From: Azolla caroliniana
Lineage: Eukaryota > Plantae > Polypodiophyta
NCBI GenBank assembly: GCA_043228905.1
Contig: JBHGNT010001234.1
Span: 1 to 10,756 of the forward strand
Reading direction: 5' to 3'
Length of the DNA stretch: 10,756 nt
The position numbers and the translations under genes were made by a program. Shown piece after piece: positions 1-8,420 of the stretch. How positions within the stretch are numbered: position 1 is the stretch's first letter; the number at the start of each line of letters is the position of its first letter. The notes under the pieces were generated by a model. The model was not told where the DNA came from. It saw only the letters and a list, made by a program, of their open reading frames with translations, and searched no databases.

Positions 1-2840
1 ACGATTTTCAAGACGTGTTTCCTAACGAATTGCCACGTACTTTACCACCAAAATGTAATGTGGACTATCAAATTGAACTCATTCCTAGTGCTGCTCCTAT
101 GAGCATTCCACCTTACCAACTTAGTCGATTAGAAGAGGATGAGATCGCTAAACAACTTAAGGAATACTTGAGTATGGGCCACATTAGGTATAGTAAATCA
201 CCTTGGGGTGCGATAGTTCTATTGGTTAAGAAGAAGGAAGGTTCATGGCGAATTATCGCCGTTTGAATAAAATGACAATTAAAAATGCATATTCGTTACC
301 TCATGTCGATGATTTGATTGATCGTTTGCATGGGGCCCAATATTTTACGAAAATTGACTTATAGACAGGTTATCATCAGATTCGCATTGCCGAGGATGAT
401 ATTCCTAAAACCGCTTTTCGTATGCGCTATGGTCATTATGAGTTTTTAGTCATGCCTTTCGGGTTGACTAATGCTCCAACCACATTTCAACAAGCGATGA
501 ATGACGTTTTCCGAGCAACTCGGTGATTTTGTTGTCGTCTTCTTGGATGATATTTTGATATATAGTCGTACCTTGCAAGATCATGTTCAACATGTTCGAT
601 TTGTTTTGCAAAAGTTGCGTGACAACTCTTTCTATGCAAAACATTCAAAATGTGATTTTTTCCAAAAATCTATTGTGTACCTAGATCATTTAATTACAGA
701 AAATGGTGTTGAAATTGAACCTTCTCGTATTGAAAAGGTTAAACTTTGACCCATTCCTCGTAATATTCGTGAACTGCGATCATTCTTAGGGTTTGTTGGA
801 TTTTTACGAAAATCAATTCGTAACTATTCCAAATTGACTACGCCATTAACTGACCTTTTAAAAGATCATCCACATAAGTCTGTCAAACCAATTGCATGGA
901 ATGAACAACTTGACAAATCATTTGAGACACTCAAAGAGCATGTGTGTTTGGCTCCCACTCTTCTATTACCGGACCCTTCTAAGCCTTTCTCAATCGAAAC
1001 CGATGCCAATGATTATGCTATTGGTGCCGTTCTTTATCAAGGCAGTCACCCTATTTCTTTTGAAAGTAAGAAGCTTGATGCTGCTCAATCTCGGTATTCA
1101 ATTCAAGAGAAAGAGTTGTTTGCAGTAATACATGCACTTAAAACATGGAGGCACTATCTTTATGGAAATAAATGTGTGGTTACAACAAACCATCAATCAT
1201 TGAAGTATTTTTGTGACCAACCAAATCTTGTTGTTCGTAAAGGCCGTTGGGCTGACCTTATGCAAGATTTTGATTTTTCCATATGGTATCGCAAGGGTTC
1301 TATGAACACTGTTGCGGATGCTCTTAGTCGCATTAAAGAAGTTAACATACTTAGCTTCACGGATATAAAATCTGATCTTTTAGATCACCTTCGAGGGAAA
1401 TACCTTGATGATAGTTATTTTTTGAAATACTGGACGAAAGCCGAATCTGGGTTAGATGCCGATACTAGCACCCTACCCTCGAAGGCGACCTTTCACATTA
1501 CAAACGGTTTGCTCTACCATAGTGGAAAGGTTTGTGTTCCAGATTTACCAAACGTAAAACAGAAAATTCTTCATGAATGTCATGATGCACCATCTGCTGG
1601 TCATCCTAGAATACAACGCACACTCGTTCTCATCTCGAGTACTTTTTTTTGGCCTAAGATGCACTCTGATGTGCATAAATACGCACACAATGTCAGATTA
1701 ATAAGTCGGAACGACTTAAAGTTGTGGGTCTTTTACATCCTTTAGATATTCCCAACAACAAATGGGAAAGTATCTCGATGGATTTTATGGTTAGTTTACC
1801 TTGTACACAGAGGGGTCATGATGCCATTTGGGTTGTCGTTGACAGACTAACAAAATTGGCTAGATTTATTCCTACCAAAACCACAGTAATCGCTCAACAA
1901 TTGGCTTATCAATTTGTTGATGAGTTATTTTGTTTTTATGGATTACCGCTGGGTATTGTTAGTGATCGAGATTCCAAGTTTAGTAGTGACTTTTGAACTC
2001 AAGTCTTTAAGAAACTAGAAACTACGTTGAGCATGAGTTCCACAGATCATCCTCAATCTCATGGACAAACTAAATGAGTTAATCAAATTATTGAGGACAT
2101 GCTTTGAGCTTATGTAGCAAAAACCCCTTCTAAGTGGGAGCAATACCTTCCTATCTTAGAATTTTCCTATAATAGCTCTAAACATACATCCACTGGATAT
2201 AGTCCTTTTATGTTGATGTATGGTTTTCAGCCACGTGCCAAAGTTGATGTCACGATTCATCATGATACATTAGACAGTACACGCAATTTTTTGCAAGACA
2301 TGAACCAAATGTTGCATATTGCCAAAGAGAATGCCAAGATAGCTCAAGATCGTGCTCGATTTTATGCTGATTGGGATAGACGTCCTCGTGCATTTACTAT
2401 TGGTCCAAAAAGTTTTTTTGTGTGTCCCTACTGACTCTACGTCATTGTCTACGGGCAAGTATGCTAAGTTAGCCCCACGATATTGTGGCCCATTTGAAAT
2501 CCTTAAGCGGGTTGGGTCATGTGCTTATCACCTTCCCTTACCCCGTAACGTTGGTATTTATCCTGTTTTTCACGTTAGTCATCTAAAACCATTTTTAGGC
2601 TTTGGTGATAACACCATCACAATCCAAGATCTTGTAACATTAGAGGATTTTTCTTACAAACCTCATGTTCCTGAACGAATTCTTGATTCTCGTACTAAAC
2701 GTTTACGTTCTAAAGAGATTCGGCTATTCAAGATCAAATGGATGGATAAACCTATTGATGATGCCACATGGGAACGCGAGCATACTCTTAAGACACAATT
2801 TCCTCACTTTATATTGCAAGAGTGCAATCTTTTGAAGTAG
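1..2840 (+). pseudogene. pol: Gypsy pol pseudogene (reverse transcriptase, RNase H, integrase, chromodomain)
   Basis: RT motifs [38 protein letters not shown]. RNase H motifs ETDANDYAIGAVL, EKELFAVIHALKTWRHYL, ADALSR. Integrase motifs HDAPSAGH, SMDF, IVSDRD, HPQSHGQT and GPY/F (RYCGPF). Several frameshifts and in-frame stops (e.g. 747-749, 1994-1996). Confidence 0.95.
2670..2810 (+). other. Group II-type chromodomain at the integrase C-terminus (as in Reina/Tekay-like plant chromoviruses)
   Basis: PERILDSRTKRLRSKEIRLFKIKWMDKPIDDATWEREHTLKTQFPHF; the first and third aromatic-cage residues are missing, as is typical of group II. Confidence 0.8.
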
Positions 2841-2847
2841 GGGAGTA
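2834..2847 (+). promoter_or_regulatory. Polypurine tract of the + strand Gypsy element
   Basis: GAAGTAGGGGAGTA overlaps the pol stop and lies directly before the TG of the LTR. Confidence 0.85.
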
Positions 2848-3320
2848 TGTTATGTACACATAACGATGGTGAGGGTAGGTCACCAATATTTACATTAATG
2901 AAGGGTATTTTCACTAATGTTAAAAAGGGGACTAATTATTGGATAGAAGGAATGATAATTGCATGCACTATCATGATTTGGACAACCAATGAATGGAGAG
3001 CCTTTTAGAAAGGTACATCTATTCAAGGGGCCTAGGAAAAGGTATAAATATGAGGCTTAGTTACCCTCATAATGACATTACGTCGGAAGGCTACTGTCTT
3101 AGACACCAATGGTGTGGGCTAGGCTTTCGTCTTGACGATCATGTTTATCTCTTCCAAGGTATTAGTTATCCTAATATCCGGCGGTATGCGACGTCGGTGG
3201 TAGGTTGGCTATGTCTAGATCATAGCTCGGGGGTGGTCGGGTGGAACGGGTTCTTCTATCCATTCTATTTTCCTTCTTTTACGTTAGTTTGGTCTATTGA
3301 TTAGTAATAGACTCTTAACA
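2848..3320 (+). repeat. 3' LTR (473 bp) of the + strand Gypsy element
   Basis: Starts TGTTA right after the PPT, ends TAACA, and has TATAAATA at 3043-3050. The flanking minus-strand pol homology stops exactly at 3321. The partner LTR is not in the window. Confidence 0.8.
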
Positions 3321-3975
3321 CCACCAATAATTTCGTGTTACTAGCTTGAGGTTATTTGGGACATCCAAGTGTTCAACTTTCACACTACCATGAATTTTGA
3401 AAAGTTTTTGATCCAACAAAGGTCTTTAGGGACGTAGATTAGATTGCTCCAAGGTAGAAGCAATGGTCCATATCTTACTACCATGCCATTTTTTACAAGA
3501 TTTTGATCTAACAAGGGTCTTTAGGAACGTACATTAGATTTCTCTAGAGGAGTCGTTCATTGAATGTGAATTGGTCCATATCATTGCATGACATTTCATT
3601 AGTTGGAATCATTACACTTTCTTGAATTTCCTTGGCCAACAAATAAGATATTGTTGTGACATTATTTTGGACATGGGACTCATCCTTTGAAGAGCCTATA
3701 TGTAAACAAGTTAACTTGATCAACCTTGTGAAGGCATTAAGTTTGTTGGTTGTAGGCCTATCTGCTTTCCAATGTTGGGAATCCAATTTGTATGTGATTT
3801 CAAAATCATAGTAAATGAGGAAGTCAACAGAACAAACTTGACAATGCTCCAATGTGTGTGTGGCGGTGAAATTGAGAAGGTGTTTTGGGATTGATGATCA
3901 CTTCAACATGTTCATAAATCCAACCAAATAAAGACACCATTCGTCAAAGGTATATACAAAGTTGTGAATTCTTAG
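3321..3975 (-). pseudogene. pol: Old, heavily decayed Ty3/Gypsy pol fragment (RNase H C-half to integrase HHCC region)
   Basis: Manual minus-strand translation gives FVYTFDEWCLYLVG, FLIYYDFEITYKLDSQHWKAD, NLMYVPKDPC and HGSVKVEHLDVPNNLKLVTRNYWW. These resemble the usual AFEEWRHYL, FDFEITYRPG...ADALS, LYVP and HD...GH.G..KT.ELV.RNYWWP motifs. Right boundary approximate. Confidence 0.8.
3384..3583. repeat. Diverged tandem duplication, two copies of about 93-105 bp
   Basis: 3406-3449 vs 3501-3544 match at 39/44 nt; ACTACCATG and TGGTCCATATC also recur in both copies. Confidence 0.8.
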
Positions 3976-3982
3976 GAATAAA

Positions 3983-5746
3983 ATGCAAATGAGTGTAGGG
4001 GACCATGGTTGTTTTGATAGGAAAACATTGATAACAAATGTACAAAATTTACATAAAAGCTTGATGAGATTTGTAGATATGGTTTTTTTACAAGAACATC
4101 ATTTGAGTCCCACAAAGATAGATTCTTATGGGTCCTTGTTTAGTGGTTCATGGGCCCATTTTGGAGTCCTGCAATTGGCGAATCCCACAATAAAGCTGGT
4201 CTTTGTATAACATTAGCCTAGAAATGGTCTTCTCATGTGATTGACTATAAGTTTTTAGTGGAAGGAAGAGTGCAAGTTATTGTTTTAGAAATCCAAAATC
4301 TACAATTGGGTTTTATAAATGTATATGCTCACGATGCAACAACAGATAGGAGGAGGTTGTGGTCTTATATGTGTGATAATTTACCCCAGGTGGATCATTG
4401 GTGTATGGTCGGAGATTTTAATATGATTGAGGATAAGTTGGATAGAAGTGGGAGTAGCCAAGTTGTTTTATATGGTTCAAAATTGAGCTTTTGGGAGAGG
4501 TTGTGCTTTAAGTATGGTTTTCAGGATACTTGGCGCTCTCCCTCTTTTAGCAAACATGTTGAATCTTTGCAATTCTCTAGATCAGATAGACGGTTATTAG
4601 GTACTAATCTAACTCGATTAGATAGATTCTATGATGACGACTTCTTTATAGCATTAGGAGGATCCTTACAGATATTAGGTGGGACAATTTTCTCATATCA
4701 CTCACCTCTTATTGTTACTCTGAAAAAAGTGGAAAAAGGGAGGTCCTTTAGGACCCTATACCCTCTTCCTTGTATGCGGATGTTGCCCTTAGAGGAGATG
4801 TTTTAGCAATTTGGAAGGATACAAGTGTTTCGCAATTGATGGTGTGTGATAGAGTTGCGGATGCAATTGTCAATGTTAGTAATTGGTTTTTTACTAAAGC
4901 AAAGGAGGAACAATGTAAACTCAAAACTAAGATCTTGAGTATGAAACGAGCGGTTGCTTCTTTGCAACATTTTTCAGTAACGTATGCCATGGGCTACGTG
5001 GGTGATATTGGAATTGAATAATGCAAAGGATAAGCTCTGTAAATTACAAGATACTTGGGCTCAATGCACTTATAATGCATTTGCTACAAAATGGGCACAA
5101 GTGGGGGATAAAGTGTCCGCTGAATTTTTCAAAATTGTAACTCCAAAAAAAACTTGTAATGGGATGAAACAACTATAGAGGGATGATGAATCCATTACAG
5201 AGGATGCCGGAGAAATGAGGGATATTGCTACGAAATTATATAGTAATTTATTGTTCGTTGAATGTTTTACACTCGATCAATTGGAGAGACGGAGAGTTGT
5301 GTGGTAGTCCATGCATGCACGTGTTTCACTCCATATGTCAAATGTTTTCGTTAAACCGATTTTGATTTTTGAAGTAAGGGTTTTGCTTTGGATGCAATTG
5401 GCTCCCATGTATGTGCTGGTACCGATGGGCTTTCAACATATTTTTTCTGGAATTATTGGGGGTTTATTGGGACTGACATTATTGCTGCATTTTAGGAGGT
5501 GTTTGACACTGGATTTATGCCAAGTAAGTGGACCGAAGGTATGATATATCTTATTCCTAAGTTGGAAGGGGTAGTGGTTGATAATAGGAAGTGACGACCC
5601 ATAACTATATGGAATACTATTTGCAAAATATATGCTAAGGTATTGGCTATGAGATTGCAACCTTTTTTATCAGACTTCATTCATAACACCCAAATAGGGT
5701 TCTTACAAGATAGGAGTATATTGGATAACATTTTTTATTTTGGGAA
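3983..5746 (+). pseudogene. L1-type LINE ORF2, 5' segment (AP-like endonuclease, linker, start of RT), decayed
   Basis: Endonuclease motifs FLQEHHL, INVYA, GDFNMIE, RLDRFY, SYHSPL (SDH-like). RT N-terminal motifs GTDG, IYLIPK, RPIT, KIYAKVLAMRL, QIGFLQDRSILDNI. Many frameshifts; start approximate; no ORF1 seen. Confidence 0.9.
5742..5746. repeat. Target-site duplication GGGAA (left copy)
   Basis: Identical to 8595-8599; both directly flank the TG...CA element ends. Confidence 0.95.
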
Positions 5747-5823
5747 TGTCAGGAACAGTACTAAGACAGAGAAGGAATTAGTACTAAAAGAAGTATTAAT
5801 ACTAAGAGAGGTGAAGAACTCTC

Positions 5824-5884
5824 GAGAGAAGGAAAGAGTGAGTGAGAGGGAGGGAGAGAGAGAGCGAGAGAGAGCGAGAGAGTG
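5824..5884. repeat. Imperfect (GA)n/(CT)n microsatellite in LTR U5 (second copy 8234-8300)
   Basis: GAGAGGGAGGGAGAGAGAGAGCGAGAG...; 6 bp longer in the other LTR. Confidence 0.9.
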
Positions 5885-6004
5885 ATGATAAGAAAAGATA
5901 TATATTATGTGAAGAAAATGTACAGTAGCTAGGAGGCTTAAGACTGGCGTTGAACCGATTTGGTTCGAAATAATGCCTTGTGCCTCCTTTTATAGTGTTC
6001 TAAG

Positions 6005-6052
6005 GAATACTCCTGAAGTTTCTAGAATGTTCCAGAGAAATCTGGAATATAC
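6005..6052. promoter_or_regulatory. Heat-shock-element array in 3' LTR U3
   Basis: GAAtaCTCctGAAgtTTCtaGAAtgTTCcaGAGaaATCtgGAAtaTAC: ten alternating nGAAn/nTTCn-like units in 5-bp phase, four consecutive perfect. Confidence 0.75.
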
Positions 6053-6101
6053 ATCAATTTTCTATAATAAAACATAAATGAAAATAATATTCTACGTATT
6101 A

Positions 6102-6174
6102 CAATGTATAGTCTAATGGTCAAGAGCTCGACCCATGTAGCATAAGGTCATGGGTTCGAGTCTTGCCATATCAT
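6102..6174 (+). other. tRNA-like Pol III A-box/B-box module at the U3 end of the 3' LTR (not a functional tRNA)
   Basis: TAGTCTAATGG (6109-6119), AGGTC variable loop and GGTTCGAGTCT (6153-6163), with T8-G53 spacing of 45 nt. Acceptor and anticodon stems do not pair. Confidence 0.6.
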
Positions 6175-6178
6175 GACA

Positions 6179-6190
6179 CTATCCTCCCTT
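6179..6190 (-). promoter_or_regulatory. Polypurine tract of the minus-strand LTR element
   Basis: Minus strand reads AAGGGAGGATAG directly before TGTCA of the 3' LTR; includes the pol stop codon. Confidence 0.9.
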
Positions 6191-7063
6191 TAAAACGACG
6201 AGTGTAACGAGTCGTTTTGGATTGAGGACCCGGTTTGTCTGGATATTGACGATGGAAGTCTTCAAGAAGAGCACGAGCATTGGTGACATTCTCTATCAGT
6301 TCCCAAGTACGCTCGCTGGGACTATATCCTAGCCAATCGACTAGATAGTAGAGCTTGTTGTGAACAAGCTTGGAATCAAGGATGGCGGCAACCTCGTACT
6401 CAGGTCCATCTTCAAGCTCGATCGGGGGTGGAGGCTATGTAATACGTCCTGGGATGGTGCTCTCTTGATAGGGTTCGAGGAGAGAACTATGAAACACCGG
6501 ATGTATCCGAAGTTGTGGAGGTAGATCAAGACGAAAATCGACATCATTAATCTTTCCTATAATACGGAAAGGACCTAATCGCCGATAATCCAATTTCTCG
6601 CATGGGCGAGTGGTCTTGATGTGTCGTCGGAGTAGCCATACCCGATCTCCAATGTTAAAACTAGATGGGAGTCGATGACGATCCGCATAAACCTTGTGTG
6701 TTTGTTGAGCTTGTTGGAGGTGAGTAGATACATCCGCTTGTATCTTGCGTAACCTCTCCAAACGATCTTCTGCGCAAGGATTTGTGGACACCTTTGGGGT
6801 TTCAAGTACACACCACTGGGGGTGACATCCCGTATAAGCATAAAATGGCGTAACTTTAGTGGATGCGTGGATAGAGTTGTTATAGGCAAATTCGGCGAAG
6901 TGGAGAATATCTGCCCAATCATCTTGATGATAGCTGAGAAAGCACCGCAGATACTGCTCCAACGTTTGATTGGTTCGTTCGGCTTGGCCATCGGTTTGGG
7001 GGTGGTAGCCGGAGGAGAGGTTACAAGTGACCTTGAGCATGTTAAACAGGTGCTTCCAGAACT
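6179..7063 (-). pseudogene. pol: Integrase C-terminal half, GPY/F motif and group I chromodomain; one in-frame TAG at 6435-6437
   Basis: FWKHLF...SSGYHPQTDGQAERTNQTLEQYLR, AEFAYNN, RLGPF, HPVFHSSLLEPY. After the stop, in frame: EYEVAAILDSKLVHNKLYYLVDWLGYSPSERTWELIENVTNARALLEDFHRQYP...RFKGG*. Confidence 0.92.
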
Positions 7064-8079
7064 ATTTGGTTTACCTGTCTTCTTGGCCTATGGGGGCAAT
7101 TTATTGCAATATGTCCTGGTCCACCGCAGTAAAGACATAGTCGATTTGTACGACGTCGCTGCTTTTCTTCTTCGGATAATGGCCCTTGACAACGTGTAGT
7201 GTCAATCTCCATCGGAGTCGGAGTATTCGCTGGAGGCGCATTATATGAATCCCTCGGAAAAGGTCTTGATACCACTGAGGCGTAGGTGGGCTCTGATCTT
7301 GCCCTCGGCATTTGTAGCTGTCATTCCGAACATCGCTCAAAGAGGCGGTTGTCACATCTCACCGCGCGATTGATTGCTTCTGTTAAGGACTTTGGCTCTT
7401 CGGGGAAGGTCAAGAGTAAATCCTTGACGTCGTTGCGTAAACTATAACGGAATTGCTCCATCAACGCTTGATCATCCCAAGGGATATCGGCGGCGAGTAG
7501 GCGAAAATCTGCAGCGTATGCAGAGGCTGGACGGTCACCTTGGCGTAATCGCCGAATTTTGTTCATTGCGGTCCTGATGTTGTCAGTATCTCCAAAACAT
7601 GCTTTAAACTCACCTAGAAACTCTTCAAAATTGTTGAGTAACGGAGATTCCTTTTCTAATAGTGGAGCGAACCATGCCAACGCTGAGCCACTTAACAAAG
7701 TGCCTACTAAACCCACTCGTGATGCATCGGTGGGATATCGAGAAGGATGCATTTGAATAACTAATCGTACCTGGTTAAGGAACCCTCTAAACTGCGATCG
7801 CGTTCCATCGAACTTCGTGGGAAGGCCAATCTTGGGTTCTTTATGAATTCCTTGTGTTCCGGGGCCTTGTTGTTGCATCGCTACGATGGTGGCTTCGAGT
7901 TGTTGCACACGTAACGCAAGTTCCCCATGCTGTTGTTGTGTTTGCTGCTTTTCTAAGGAGATTTGCTGAAGATCCCCCAGCAACCGTTGGTTTTCTTGTT
8001 CCAAAGCATGGAACTTCTCTTTCAAGCATTGAAATTCCGAGAAAACAGATTGATATTCTTCAGCGCTAACAGTGGCCAT
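7042..8079 (-). pseudogene. gag: gag (coiled coil, retrotransposon capsid, CCHC zinc knuckle); one in-frame TGA at 7321-7323
   Basis: PTKFDGTRSQFRGFLNQ, LLSGSALAW, LRQGDRPASAYAADFR, PMEID and [14 protein letters not shown] (CX2CX4HX4C). ORFs 7321-8079 and 7042-7311 are in the same frame. Confidence 0.93.
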
Positions 8080-8138
8080 GGGATGAAAGAAAAGAGGAAT
8101 AAGAGATTAGTAGGAAATGAGAGAGACAGAAGGTAAGG

Positions 8139-8151
8139 CAAATCGGTTCAA
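8139..8151 (-). promoter_or_regulatory. Primer-binding site of self-priming type
   Basis: Minus strand TTGAACCGATTTG, 2 nt after the 5' LTR; exact reverse complement of LTR 8366-8378 as read on the element sense strand. No TGG complementary to tRNA CCA. Confidence 0.85.
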
Positions 8152-8403
8152 ACTGTCAGGAACAGTACTAAGACAGATCTGAAGGAATTAGTACTAAAAG
8201 AAGTATTAGTACTAAGAGAGGTGAAGAACTCTCGAGAGAAGGAAAGAGTGAGTGAGAGGGAGGGAGAGAGAGATCGAGAGAGAGAGAGAGTGAGTGAGTG
8301 ATGATAAGAAAAGATATATATTATGTGAAGAAAATGTACAGTAGCTAGGAGGCTTAAGACTGGCGTTGAACCGATTTGGTTCGAAATAATGCCTTGTGCC
8401 TCC

Positions 8404-8410
8404 TTTTATA
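8404..8410 (-). promoter_or_regulatory. TATA box of the LTR promoter (copy at 5988-5994)
   Basis: Minus strand TATAAAA, between the HSE array and the predicted start site 32 nt downstream. Confidence 0.75.
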
Positions 8411-8420
8411 GTGTTCTAAG

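Larger units (their letters stand above)
1..3320 (+). mobile_element. Ty3/Gypsy chromovirus LTR retrotransposon, 3' portion (5' end outside window), decayed
   Basis: Domain order RT-RNaseH-integrase-chromodomain across frame-disrupted ORFs, then a purine tract and a TGTTA...TAACA-bounded LTR. Confidence 0.95.
5747..6178 (-). repeat. 3' LTR (432 bp)
   Basis: Direct repeat of 8154-8594. Differs by two substitutions, one 3-bp indel and variation in the GA tract. Confidence 0.97.

Noticed and set aside
2993-3304. 103-aa ORF as an extra or env-like gene
   Set aside because: Lies wholly inside the LTR, spans its TATA box, and has no recognisable motif.
3384-3583. CRISPR-like or prokaryotic repeat array
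   Set aside because: Only two diverged copies with no unique spacers, in a eukaryotic retrotransposon context.
5643-5885. 80-aa ORF with a charged ER-repeat tail
   Set aside because: Chimera of LINE RT sequence reading into the LTR and its GA microsatellite.
6102-6174. A functional tRNA gene (nominal anticodon position ATG)
   Set aside because: Acceptor and anticodon stems do not pair, position 33 is not T, and the T-stem is weak; kept only as a tRNA-like promoter module.
6435-6437. Programmed readthrough before the chromodomain
   Set aside because: The context TAG-CCT-CCA matches no leaky motif I know; a CAG>TAG transition is sufficient.
6341-8069. Overlapping or antisense ORFs (6341-6547, 6575-6991, 6822-7199, 7101-7355, 7559-7756, 7841-8029, 7854-8069)
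   Set aside because: Shadow frames of gag and integrase in GC-richer sequence, with no domain signatures.
7042-8079. Domesticated PEG10/RTL-like host gene
   Set aside because: Flanked by young LTRs, a TSD, PBS and PPT, and carries an internal stop; the similarity reflects shared Gypsy ancestry.
8368-8382. GAACC-gattt-GGTTC mini-hairpin, and a second GGTTCGAA B-box-like word at 8378-8385
   Set aside because: The stem is only 5 bp and probably straddles the start site; the word lacks the downstream C residues of a B box and has no convincing A box at tRNA spacing.
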